DNA of 44,115 bases from Oscillospiraceae bacterium (GTDB lineage Bacteria > Bacillota > Clostridia > Oscillospirales > Acutalibacteraceae). The translations under genes and the position numbers were made by a program. The stretch is from positions 1 to 44,115 of the forward strand of contig DASRNG010000051.1 of NCBI GenBank assembly GCA_035647555.1, in the 5' to 3' direction. The notes beneath the pieces are model-generated. The model was not told where the DNA came from, ran no database searches, and saw only the letters and a program-made list of their open reading frames with translations. Shown here one piece after another: positions 1 through 8,574 of this stretch; position 1 is the stretch's first letter; the number at the start of each line of letters is the position of its first letter.

Positions 1-1367
1 AGGGAGTATGAATCGTTACACTGCCCTGCATCAAGCACTCGTGGAATACCGCCAATGTCACCAAGATTAAGCTTGTTATAGCGGTATTTAGCACAGCCTG
101 CTGTTAAAATAACAGTATCAGTTGGTAAGGCTTTTGCAAAATTTGTGTAATATTCTCTGTTTCTCATTCTGCCGTCACACCCTGCCATGACGAAAAACTT
201 CTTAATAGCGCCAGACTTTACGGCATCTACTACCTTGTCTGCAAGTGCGAAAACTTGATTGTGAGCAAAGCCGCCTACAATGCTGCCTGTTTCAATCTCT
301 ACAGGTGAGGGGAGAGTTTTTGCAAGGCTTATGATTTCAGAAAAGTCTTTTTTACCGTCAGCGTCTGCTGCTATATGTATGCACCCTGGGTAGCCCGCAG
401 CGCCTGTTGTGAAAATTCTGTTTCTTATTTCATCACTTCTTGGCGGTACTATGCAGTTTGTTGTGAAAAGAATGGGTCCTTTGAAAGACTCAAAATCTGT
501 AAGCTGCTGCCACCACGCACCGCCATAGTTTCCTACAAGGTGCGGATATTTTTTAAGCTCTGGATAATAATGTGCAGGGAGCATTTCTCCATGGGTATAA
601 ACATCAACACCGCTGTCTTTAGTTTGTATGAGAAGCTGCTCTAAGTCAACTAAGTCGTGACCCGAAATTAAAATAGCGGGGTTTTCTTTAACGCCAATAT
701 TTACAGTTGTAATTTCAGGGTTACCGTATTTTGATGTATTAGCGCCATCAAGAAGAGCCATTGCTTTAACACCGTATTCGCCCGTTTTAAGAGTTAGCGC
801 TACTAGCTCATCTACAGAAAGTGTATCGTCAAGTGTTGCTGAAAGCGCCTCATAAATAAATGTGTAAACCTCAAAATCTTCTTTGCCAATGTTAAGGGCA
901 TGCTCTGCGTATGCCGCCATTCCTTTAAGTCCGTATATTATCATCTCACGAAGTGAGCGGATATCTTCATTCTCTGTTGCAAGAACACCAACTACAGCCG
1001 CCTTTTTATCCATTTCTTCAGGTGAGCTAACTGTGAAAACGGTGCTGTCATGCAAAGAGTTAATATTAGCAGAGTTTTTAAGTGCATCTCTTGCCTCTAA
1101 AATTTCTTTTATAGCTTTTGTGATAGCCTTACCGTCAAAGTTTGCGTTCGTTATAGTCATAAAAAGACCGCTTAAAACTTTGTAATTAACATCGCCAAGG
1201 TCTTTAGCATCAAGTTTACCTTTTACAACAACCTCTGAAAGCCCTTTTAATGAATAAATTAAAAGGTCCTGAAGTCTTGCAATATCATCTGTTTTACCAC
1301 ACACACCACGAACGGCACAGCCTTTACCTGCCGCCGTTTCTTGGCATTGAAAACAAAACATACTCAT
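1..1367 (-). CDS. hcp: Hybrid-cluster protein / hydroxylamine reductase (Hcp); C-terminal part runs off the left window edge
   Basis: Absent from the ORF track because it is open to the window edge. My minus-strand translation from ATG 1367 reads [25 protein letters not shown] (N-terminal Cys cluster typical of Hcp). It continues without a stop to ...[17 protein letters not shown] at position 1. AAGGAGG lies 6 nt upstream of the ATG. Confidence 0.85.
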   Translation of the reverse strand, partial: MSMFCFQCQETAAGKGCAVRGVCGKTDDIARLQDLLIYSLKGLSEVVVKGKLDAKDLGDVNYKVLSGLFMTITNANFDGKAITKAIKEILEARDALKNSANINSLHDSTVFTVSSPEEMDKKAAVVGVLATENEDIRSLREMIIYGLKGMAAYAEHALNIGKEDFEVYTFIYEALSATLDDTLSVDELVALTLKTGEYGVKAMALLDGANTSKYGNPEITTVNIGVKENPAILISGHDLVDLEQLLIQTKDSGVDVYTHGEMLPAHYYPELKKYPHLVGNYGGAWWQQLTDFESFKGPILFTTNCIVPPRSDEIRNRIFTTGAAGYPGCIHIAADADGKKDFSEIISLAKTLPSPVEIETGSIVGGFAHNQVFALADKVVDAVKSGAIKKFFVMAGCDGRMRNREYYTNFAKALPTDTVILTAGCAKYRYNKLNLGDIGGIPRVLDAGQCNDSYS

Positions 1368-1378
1368 TATAGTCCTCC

Positions 1379-1540
1379 TTATTCCACCACTTCAAAATCT
1401 TCTTTGCCAACAAAGCAAATAGGGCATTGCCAATCGTCAGGAATATCTTCAAACGCTGTTCCTGGCTCTATGCCACTATCAGGGTCACCGATTTCTGGGT
1501 CATAAATATAACCACAGGGAATGCAAATGTATTTTTTCAT
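1379..1540 (-). CDS. Rubredoxin (53 aa)
   Basis: Below the ORF-track size cutoff. Minus-strand translation is [53 protein letters not shown], with the two CxxC pairs (CIPC, CPIC) and the DDW motif of rubredoxins. GGAGGA RBS upstream. Its stop codon abuts the hcp RBS, so the two form an operon. Confidence 0.85.
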   Translation of the reverse strand: MKKYICIPCGYIYDPEIGDPDSGIEPGTAFEDIPDDWQCPICFVGKEDFEVVE

Positions 1541-1572
1541 AAGAAATCCTCCTTTTAATGTTAATATAAAAA

Positions 1573-1587
1573 AGATACAAAGTATCT
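1573..1587. promoter_or_regulatory. Perfect 6-3-6 palindrome AGATAC-AAA-GTATCT in the rubredoxin-hcp leader; candidate operator or small leader hairpin
   Basis: Read directly. It lies 33-47 nt upstream of the rubredoxin start on the minus strand. Confidence 0.3.
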
Positions 1588-1645
1588 CTATTATCTAAGT
1601 TATTTTAGGTTTGTTAATATAATAACACAAACAAAACAAACCGAA

Positions 1646-1658
1646 TGTGACCAAGTCA
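1646..1658. promoter_or_regulatory. Perfect 5-3-5 palindrome GTGAC-CAA-GTCAC (context aaTGTGACcaaGTCACta); candidate Crp/Fnr-like (HcpR-type) site for rubredoxin-hcp
   Basis: Read directly, about 105 nt upstream of the rubredoxin start. It contains a TGTGA half-site, but the spacing is not the canonical N6. Confidence 0.3.
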
Positions 1659-1749
1659 CTAAAAATAAGTAAAAACCAGTTTCACGCTTGCTATTTGCTA
1701 TAGATTATAGTAGTATAAAAAAAGATTATGATAAAATAGGGGTATTGAG

Positions 1750-2733
1750 ATGAGTATAAAAATTGGCCTTTTTGGATATGGCAATATAGCAAAAGCCGCT
1801 GAAATCGGAATTGCACAAAACTCTGATATGAAGCTTTCCGCAGTTTTCACACGCAGAAATCCATCTGATATAAAAACTGTAACGGGAGCGCCTGTGTACA
1901 GAAAAGAAGATGCGCTAAACTTAACGGACAAAATAGATGTTATGCTAATGTGCGGCGGCAGCGCCTTAGACTTGCCGAAAGAATCCCCCGAAATGGCAAA
2001 GCATTTTAACATTGTAGACAGTTTTGACACTCACGCAAAAATCCCGCAGCACTTTATAAATGTGGACAAGTCTGCAAAAAAGAGTAAAAAGGTAGCAATA
2101 ATTTCTGCTGGGTGGGACCCTGGTGTGTTTTCACTCAATCGCCTTTTTTCTGAGGCGTTTTTGCCAAATGGCAAAGGGTACACATTTTGGGGCAGCGGTG
2201 TAAGCCAAGGCCATTCTGACGCTATTCGCCGTATAGAGGGTGTAAAAAAGGCCGTTCAGTACACAAACCCGTCGCAAGATGCATTAAGTGAGGTAAGAGG
2301 GGGAAACACTCCCGTATTTTTGCCCCGTGAAATGCATACTCGTAAATGTTTTGTAGTGCCAGAAAAGGGCGCTAATAAAGAGCTTATTGAAAGCACAATT
2401 AAAAGTATGCCAAATTATTTTGCGGATTATGATACAACCGTAAATTTTATAACGGAAGAAGAATTTGAAAAAGAGCATACCTTTATGCCGCACGGCGGAA
2501 CAGTTATAAGAAGTGGAACTACGGGCAGTAGTAACGAGAATAAACAAATTATTGAATATAGCATAAATCTTAGCTCAAACCCAGAGTTTACGGCAAATAT
2601 CTTGCTTTGCTATGCAAGGGCGGCATATAGGCTGCATAAAAATGGTGACAGCGGCTGTAAAACTGTGTTTGACATTGCGCCGTACCTACTTTTTAGAGGT
2701 ACTAAAGAAGATATTGTGAAAAGGCTTCTTTAA
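1750..2733 (+). CDS. ddh: meso-Diaminopimelate D-dehydrogenase
   Basis: 327 aa ORF. N-terminal Rossmann motif GLFGYGNIAK, then AGWDPG and GVSQGHSDA motifs typical of Ddh. AGGGG RBS. Confidence 0.8.
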   Translation: MSIKIGLFGYGNIAKAAEIGIAQNSDMKLSAVFTRRNPSDIKTVTGAPVYRKEDALNLTDKIDVMLMCGGSALDLPKESPEMAKHFNIVDSFDTHAKIPQHFINVDKSAKKSKKVAIISAGWDPGVFSLNRLFSEAFLPNGKGYTFWGSGVSQGHSDAIRRIEGVKKAVQYTNPSQDALSEVRGGNTPVFLPREMHTRKCFVVPEKGANKELIESTIKSMPNYFADYDTTVNFITEEEFEKEHTFMPHGGTVIRSGTTGSSNENKQIIEYSINLSSNPEFTANILLCYARAAYRLHKNGDSGCKTVFDIAPYLLFRGTKEDIVKRLL

Positions 2734-3446
2734 ATTTCATAGCCGCATTCAAGCATATCCTCTTTGAAAAAGTCAAAAAAGGAAGTTTTGTTATCAGTTT
2801 TATATCTTCCAACAGAGTCAGTTCTCATATGGATTTTTGCCATTGGCATAGAAAGAAAATCTTCAAGCTTTAAAAGCGTTTCATCTTGCTTAAATACCAT
2901 ATCTTCAAAGCGAAGTGAAAGCAAATGTTGGGGTGCTTTGGTAGCTTTCATAAGCTCTCTTTGATATTTCCAGCTAATTGCCCTTTTCTCACGAATATCA
3001 AAAGTTTCAGGGTATTTTATATTAAAATCATTAAGGTCATCAGTAACATGACCGCTCAAAATGCAGTCTCTCGGGTCCCTTACCCAATGAATACAGTATA
3101 TTTCAGGGAACATTTTCAGTATCCACGGGTAGCAAAGTGTGGTTTCTGGTATTTTCCACCCCTTATTTTCAGCTTTAGAGGATAGTACAGAGTGAAGATA
3201 TTCTTCAATAAGCCTTACAAAAACAGGGTCTGGCGTAGTGTCTATAACCTTTGAAAAGTCCCAGCTTAGTCCGCCTGTGTGTTTTACATAGCTGCCGAAA
3301 ACCCTGCAAGCCTCGTACATTTTTTCGGGCGGTATAAGGTCCCACGAGCCGTTTAATGGCTCACCCATATAAAAGCCGCTTTTAGATAGCGTTTCTGAAA
3401 TAGCACGTGTTCCAGAATGGCCCCTGCCTATTATCGTTACAAGCAT
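2730..3446 (-). CDS. PAPS-dependent sulfotransferase-fold protein (about 238 aa, no signal peptide or TM segment)
   Basis: N-terminal IIGRGHSGTR resembles the 5'-phosphosulfate-binding P-loop. WVRDPRDCILS resembles the 3'-phosphate-binding RDPxD...S motif. I chose the start at the internal ATG 3446 (MLVTIIGRG) because GGAGG lies 7 nt upstream. The track start at 3467 has no RBS. Confidence 0.65.
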   Translation of the reverse strand: MLVTIIGRGHSGTRAISETLSKSGFYMGEPLNGSWDLIPPEKMYEACRVFGSYVKHTGGLSWDFSKVIDTTPDPVFVRLIEEYLHSVLSSKAENKGWKIPETTLCYPWILKMFPEIYCIHWVRDPRDCILSGHVTDDLNDFNIKYPETFDIREKRAISWKYQRELMKATKAPQHLLSLRFEDMVFKQDETLLKLEDFLSMPMAKIHMRTDSVGRYKTDNKTSFFDFFKEDMLECGYEI

Positions 3447-3527
3447 AAAGTAACCTCCGTTTAACATTAGCTAATATTATCATTAATACCGCCTTATTGC
3501 AACAAAAAAACCGTTTTTGGGGGATTT

Positions 3528-4898
3528 ATGGACAATATTTTTAAGTTTACAAGTAAACACCAAACCCTAAGGCAAAGCGTACTTGGAAAAGGCGCTGTAA
3601 TTTGGTTTACGGGTCTATCAGGCTCTGGGAAATCGGCAGTAGCTTCAAGGCTTGAGAAAGAGCTTTTATCCAGCGGGATAAGGGCATACCTGCTTGACGG
3701 CGACAATGTAAGGCTTGGTCTTAATAGCGACCTTGATTTTAGTGCTAAGGGCAGAGCAGAAAATGTAAGAAGGCTTTACTGTGTGGCATCACTTTTTGCA
3801 AATAGCGGAACGACTGCGATAGTTAGCGCTATTTCTCCTTTTAATAAAGATAGAGAAATGGCAAAAGAGCATTGCCGAAAAAATGGCTGCACTTTTGTAG
3901 AAGTATTTGTAAAAACTCCGATAGAAGAATGCATAAAGCGTGATACAAAAGGGCTTTACGAAAGAGCTATTGCAGGCGAAATAAAAGACTTTACAGGCAT
4001 TTCATCTCCTTATGAAGAGCCTTTTAATCCTGATATTACTATAGAAACCTTAAAAACGCCTGCACAAAAGGCGGCAGAGGATATAGCAAAGTATGTAAAA
4101 GTTTTGCTGTCTATAAAAGAGATGACGGCATACATTTGTGAAACGGCAAAAGAGGCAGGCGAAAAAGTATTAGAGATATATGAAAAACATTTTGATGTAA
4201 CATATAAAGAGGATAATTCCCCTTTAACAAAGGCGGACTTAGCGGCAGAAAAGCTTATATGCAAAAGGCTTAAAGAGAAATATCCTGATATAGAAATTTT
4301 ATCAGAGGAAAGTACAGACGACCTAAAAAGGCTAAACCGCAACTGCTGTTTTATTGTAGACCCGCTTGACGGCACTAAGGAATTTATTAAAAGAAACGGC
4401 GAGTTTACTGTTAATATAGGCTTTTCGTATTTTGGTAAAAGCATTTTAGGGGTAGTTTATGCTCCTGTTTTAAGGCGGCTATTTTATGGCGCTTTTTATG
4501 AGGGGGCATATGAATATGATTTTTCTGGTGAGTATTTTAATGAAAATACGGCGATAAGGGTATCAGACAGAAAAGAAAATCTAAAGGTTTTAACGTCACG
4601 CTCACATCTCGATGAGAAAACTAAAGAATTACTTCAGAGAAATGCAAAGAAAATCGGAAGTACTATAGGTGCTGGCTCATCATTAAAAGGGTGCTTAATA
4701 GCCGCAGGAGAGGCAGACGTTTACTACCGCACGGGGTACACAATGGAGTGGGATACATGCGCTATGCAGTGCATAGTAGAGGAAGCGGGCGGCATATTTC
4801 TTGAGGGAGACGGCTCTATTATGAGGTATAATAGAGAGGATTCGCTTAATAAAAAAGGATTTTATATACTGAATAATATTGAAAATAAATTTATATAA
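3528..4898 (+). CDS. cysC-cysQ: Bifunctional fusion of adenylylsulfate (APS) kinase CysC (N-terminal, about aa 1-200) and 3'(2'),5'-bisphosphate nucleotidase CysQ (C-terminal, about aa 205-456)
   Basis: N-terminal half: P-loop GLSGSGKS (3612-3635), LDGDNVRLGLNSDLDFS and ISPF motifs of APS kinase. C-terminal half: LSEESTDD, VDPLDGTKEF and SSLKGCLIAAGEADVYYR...EWDTCA motifs, which match the CysQ branch of the inositol-monophosphatase family. Confidence 0.8.
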   Translation: MDNIFKFTSKHQTLRQSVLGKGAVIWFTGLSGSGKSAVASRLEKELLSSGIRAYLLDGDNVRLGLNSDLDFSAKGRAENVRRLYCVASLFANSGTTAIVSAISPFNKDREMAKEHCRKNGCTFVEVFVKTPIEECIKRDTKGLYERAIAGEIKDFTGISSPYEEPFNPDITIETLKTPAQKAAEDIAKYVKVLLSIKEMTAYICETAKEAGEKVLEIYEKHFDVTYKEDNSPLTKADLAAEKLICKRLKEKYPDIEILSEESTDDLKRLNRNCCFIVDPLDGTKEFIKRNGEFTVNIGFSYFGKSILGVVYAPVLRRLFYGAFYEGAYEYDFSGEYFNENTAIRVSDRKENLKVLTSRSHLDEKTKELLQRNAKKIGSTIGAGSSLKGCLIAAGEADVYYRTGYTMEWDTCAMQCIVEEAGGIFLEGDGSIMRYNREDSLNKKGFYILNNIENKFI

Positions 4899-4913
4899 AT
4901 AGGGGTAAAAAGC

Positions 4914-5795
4914 ATGACACATCTTGAAAGCCTTGAAAACAAAAGTATACATATATTAAGGGAGGCGTATAACCGCTTTCCTAATTTGTGTATGCTGTGG
5001 TCTATCGGTAAAGACTCTACTGTACTTTTAAGCCTCGCACGAAAAGCATTTTTTGGTCACGTTCCGTTTCCGCTTGTGCATATAGACACGCATTATAAAA
5101 TACCAGAAATGATAGTATACCGTGACACGCTTGCAAAAGAGTGGAATCTTGATATGATTTATGGCGAAAACACAAAGGCGCTTGAAGAAAAACAGACTTT
5201 TCCTGATGGCAATGTAACACGCATAGAGTGCTGTAAAAACTTAAAAACAAATGCGCTTAGAAATACTTTGTCAGGAGAATGGGATAGGTTTAGAATAAAT
5301 CACAGCACAGGAATTTATGAAGTGGATAAAAACACAGAGCCGTATACAGGTGTAATTGTAGGCATTCGTGCAGACGAGGAAGGCAGCCGCTCAAAAGAGC
5401 GTTATTTCTCCCCTCGTGACAGAAACAATGATTGGGATGTTGGGGACCAGCCGCCAGAGTTTTGGGGTCAGTATAAAACAGATTTTAAGCCCGGCACGCA
5501 TATACGTGTTCACCCCTTGCTTGACTGGACAGAGCTTGATGTTTGGGAGTATATAGAAAAAGAGGGCGTTCCCGTTGTTTCTTTATACTTTAATCAGGGT
5601 GACGGCAAGCGTTACCGCTCTCTTGGGTGCTTTCCTTGCACAACTCCTGTAGAGTCTGAGGCTAAGAATATCAAAGAGATAATAGAGGAGCTAAAAACAG
5701 GTAAATTTTCAAATATTGCCGAGCGTTCTGGCAGAGAGCAAGATAAAGAGGACGGCGGAGGGCTTGAGGAGCTAAGAAGAGGCGGCTATATGTAG
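4914..5795 (+). CDS. cysD: Sulfate adenylyltransferase subunit 2
   Basis: 293 aa. PP-loop-like [11 protein letters not shown], plus the GIRADEE and [15 protein letters not shown] motifs of CysD. Confidence 0.85.
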   Translation: MTHLESLENKSIHILREAYNRFPNLCMLWSIGKDSTVLLSLARKAFFGHVPFPLVHIDTHYKIPEMIVYRDTLAKEWNLDMIYGENTKALEEKQTFPDGNVTRIECCKNLKTNALRNTLSGEWDRFRINHSTGIYEVDKNTEPYTGVIVGIRADEEGSRSKERYFSPRDRNNDWDVGDQPPEFWGQYKTDFKPGTHIRVHPLLDWTELDVWEYIEKEGVPVVSLYFNQGDGKRYRSLGCFPCTTPVESEAKNIKEIIEELKTGKFSNIAERSGREQDKEDGGGLEELRRGGYM

Positions 5796-5839
5796 CTAAA
5801 ACCTAAAAATAGGGGCTTTGAAAGGGCGTTTTTATAGAT

Positions 5840-7624
5840 ATGCAAAACAGGGAAATGAATATTGTAATAGTGGGGCACGTGGACCATGGTAAAAGCACAG
5901 TAATAGGCAGACTTCTTGCAGATACTAACTCGCTCCCTAAAGGCAAGCTTGAAGCAGTTAGAGAGCTTTGCCGCAGAACAGACAAACCGTTTGAATATGC
6001 GTTTTTGCTTGATGCCTTAAAAGACGAGCGCTCACAAGGCATAACGATTGATGCAGCACGCTGCTTTTTTAAGACGAAAAAAAGAAAGTACATCATAATT
6101 GATGCACCAGGGCATATAGAGTTTCTTAAAAACATGATAACGGGAGCGTCCCACGCGGATGCGGCACTTCTTGTTATAGATGCAAATGAGGGAATCAGTG
6201 AAAACTCACGACGCCATGGGTATATGCTGTCAATGCTTGGCATAAAGCAGGTTGCCGTTCTTGTTAATAAATTAGACCTTTTTGAAATACAAGAGCGAAA
6301 AAAGGTGTATGACAATGTGGTGAAAGACTTTACAGAGTTTTTAAGCAAAGTTGACATTTTAGCATCATGCTATATCCCTATAAGTGCAGTGCAAGGCGAA
6401 AACATAGCATTTTATGGCAAAAGTATGCCGTGGTACAAGGGCGAAACGGTACTGCAAACGCTTGATAGTTTTAATCACTCAGAAAAAGCAGACGGTTTGC
6501 CATTTCGCATGTGGGTGCAAGATGTGTATAAATTTACAGCAGGAAATGATGACAGGCGAATAATTGCAGGAACAGTATCATCAGGAGTTTTGAGTACTGG
6601 TGACGAGATTATGCTTTTACCGTCTGGTAAAAAAACATTTGTAAAATCAATAGAGACATTTAATGAAAGCCCAAAAACGAGTGTTTCATCAGGCTGTGCG
6701 GCAGGCTTTTGCATGAGCGAGCAAATATATGCTAAAAGAGGCGAGCTGATAACAAAAATAGGTGAAAGCGCACCTCTTACGGGCAGTAGAATAAAAGCGT
6801 CTGTTTTTTGGCTTGGTAAAGAGCCGCTAACACAGGGAAAGACATATAACCTTAAAATCGGCACTTTTCAGGTGGGCTGTGAAATCGAAAAGATTCTTGG
6901 CGTTCTCAATGCCTCTACACTTGAAAACAGCAAGAAAACAAAAGCAAACCGCCACGAGGTGGCACAGTGCATTTTGCATTTGCACCGCCCCGCGGCGTTT
7001 GACATTGCAAGCGGTGTTTCTGAAACAGAGCGTTTTGTTATCGTGGACGACTACGAGATTTCGGGCGGCGGAATTATAACAGAGCTTTTAGGAAGTGAAG
7101 AGCTAAGCGGCAAGCTGAATATAAGAAACATAAAATGGCATAAAAGCAGCATAACTTTAGCGCAAAGGGAGAAGTATTATAACCAAAAAGCGCAAATGAT
7201 TTTAATAACAGGCACTACGGCAGTTGATAAAAAGGCGGTCGCAAGAACTTTAGAGAAAATGCTGCTTGAAGATGGTAAAATCGCTTATTATATGGGTATA
7301 GGAAATATGCTTTACGGCGTAAATGCCGATATTAAAAGTGACGGCTCTATGCTTTTACCAAAAGAGCGGGAAGAGCATATAAGGCGGCTTGGAGAGCTTT
7401 GCAATATTATTCTTGATGCAGGTAATATCCTTGTTGTAACGGCAAGCGATTTAATGCCAAATGAGCTTGACACCTTGCGCACAATCATTCGCACAGACGA
7501 GATACTTACCGTTTGGATAGGCACCCCAAAAAAACGTGCAAAAGACTTTGATATGTACTTCAAGGAAAATGAAGACATAGCAAAAAGCCTTTTACAGTTT
7601 GTTAAGGAAACGAATATAACTTAA
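5840..7624 (+). CDS. cysN: Sulfate adenylyltransferase subunit 1 (GTPase) with a degenerate C-terminal APS-kinase-like domain
   Basis: G1 [10 protein letters not shown]3 DAPGH, G4 NKLD. The C-terminal roughly 140 aa align to APS kinase, but the P-loop is GTTAVDKK (7211-7234) and LDGDN is MGIGN (7292-7306). An alternative start at ATG 5855 is possible. Confidence 0.8.
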   Translation: MQNREMNIVIVGHVDHGKSTVIGRLLADTNSLPKGKLEAVRELCRRTDKPFEYAFLLDALKDERSQGITIDAARCFFKTKKRKYIIIDAPGHIEFLKNMITGASHADAALLVIDANEGISENSRRHGYMLSMLGIKQVAVLVNKLDLFEIQERKKVYDNVVKDFTEFLSKVDILASCYIPISAVQGENIAFYGKSMPWYKGETVLQTLDSFNHSEKADGLPFRMWVQDVYKFTAGNDDRRIIAGTVSSGVLSTGDEIMLLPSGKKTFVKSIETFNESPKTSVSSGCAAGFCMSEQIYAKRGELITKIGESAPLTGSRIKASVFWLGKEPLTQGKTYNLKIGTFQVGCEIEKILGVLNASTLENSKKTKANRHEVAQCILHLHRPAAFDIASGVSETERFVIVDDYEISGGGIITELLGSEELSGKLNIRNIKWHKSSITLAQREKYYNQKAQMILITGTTAVDKKAVARTLEKMLLEDGKIAYYMGIGNMLYGVNADIKSDGSMLLPKEREEHIRRLGELCNIILDAGNILVVTASDLMPNELDTLRTIIRTDEILTVWIGTPKKRAKDFDMYFKENEDIAKSLLQFVKETNIT

Positions 7625-7636
7625 AATTAAAAAAGT

Positions 7637-7680
7637 GAACCGCCAACCTTAAAAACTAAAGATTTGGCGGTTCGTTTATT
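7637..7680. terminator. Bidirectional rho-independent terminator shared by cysN (+) and the ABC-2 permease (-)
   Basis: 10-bp perfect stem GAACCGCCAA (7637-7646) / TTGGCGGTTC (7664-7673) with T-rich tracts on both sides. Confidence 0.7.
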
Positions 7681-7686
7681 GTTATT

Positions 7687-8574
7687 TTATGCCGTCATTC
7701 GTTTTTTAAGTATACGGCTTGATGCCACAAGGCACAGCAGCGCAAATACGCCGCTTGCTAAAAGTAGTATCCACAGAGGGATATCTAGCCCTAAAAAGCC
7801 AATATTTCCTGCTGAGAAATAACCGTCTATAACTATTTCCTTTAATTCTCCCGTGATATTTAGCTGAGCGCTGGCATCTGAAAGCAAAATGTTTTTTATC
7901 CAGACGGTAAGATGCGAAAATGGAAGCAAAGAACCTACTTTTTTTGTAGCTTCCCCAAGGCTTGAATATGGCATATAAATTCCGCTTAAAAAACCAACAA
8001 ATGTTCCGGCAACACCACTTATTACTCCGATTGCCGCAGAGGACTTTACAAGCGATGTTATAAGCAGCATTAGCGCTGCACTTATAAACGAGGCGGCAAA
8101 AAGTGAGCCTGCTGTAAGAATAAAGACTTTTAATGAAATCCAATACGTTGTTAAAAACCCAATTAGCAGAAAGCTTATAATCCATGAAAACAAATTTAGT
8201 ATAAAAGAGATAAGAAAGCCAGCGGCAAAATAAGAGATTAAAATTTCATGGACTCTTGCGGGGGTAAGCAGGAAACTATCCACACGGCGGTTTTCAAAAT
8301 CTTTTGCAATGGTTCCAAACGCTCCTGTTGAAAGGGACATGGAGTTTAGTATCATCACACCCGCTATCATTTGCAGGTATATAAGAAAGTTGCTGCCAGA
8401 CTCCGAGAGTAAACCACCCATTTCACCGAGCAAAGCATCTGAATATGTTTTTGCGATAAACAGAAGATAAAGCCCCACGAGTATAAGCGTACTTAAAAGT
8501 GAAAAGAAAACGGTAGCTCTGTCACGCAGAAAAAGCTTAATGTTGCGTTTTGTTAAAGCGGTAATATGAATCAC
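7687..8574 (-). CDS. ABC-2 type transporter permease
   Basis: 295 aa hydrophobic protein with about 6 predicted TM segments. Its start immediately follows the ATPase stop (8575/8574). Confidence 0.7.
   Translation of the reverse strand: MIHITALTKRNIKLFLRDRATVFFSLLSTLILVGLYLLFIAKTYSDALLGEMGGLLSESGSNFLIYLQMIAGVMILNSMSLSTGAFGTIAKDFENRRVDSFLLTPARVHEILISYFAAGFLISFILNLFSWIISFLLIGFLTTYWISLKVFILTAGSLFAASFISAALMLLITSLVKSSAAIGVISGVAGTFVGFLSGIYMPYSSLGEATKKVGSLLPFSHLTVWIKNILLSDASAQLNITGELKEIVIDGYFSAGNIGFLGLDIPLWILLLASGVFALLCLVASSRILKKRMTA

Noticed and set aside
375-1185. Plus-strand ORFs 375-644 and 883-1185 at the left edge
   Set aside because: They are antisense to the hcp reading frame, which is open across 1-1367 and translates to a recognisable hybrid-cluster protein.
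2730-7624. Reading cysC/cysD/cysN as an ordinary assimilatory sulfate-reduction operon
   Set aside because: There is no APS/PAPS reductase, sulfite reductase, cysteine synthase or sulfate permease anywhere in the window. A PAP phosphatase fused to the kinase and a divergent sulfotransferase fit sulfuryl-donor supply better. Assimilation genes could still exist elsewhere in the genome, so the finding states how to test this.
7706-8185. 159-aa minus-strand ORF overlapping the ABC-2 permease in another frame, and similar nested or antisense ORFs such as 1698-2030, 4010-4444, 5803-6357, 6475-6864, 9818-10234, 29569-30111, 42384-42767
   Set aside because: Each lies wholly inside a longer ORF that has clear family motifs. 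The translations are compositionally odd (Cys/Arg/Ser-rich or repetitive hydrophobic) and lack RBSs. I treat them as non-coding.
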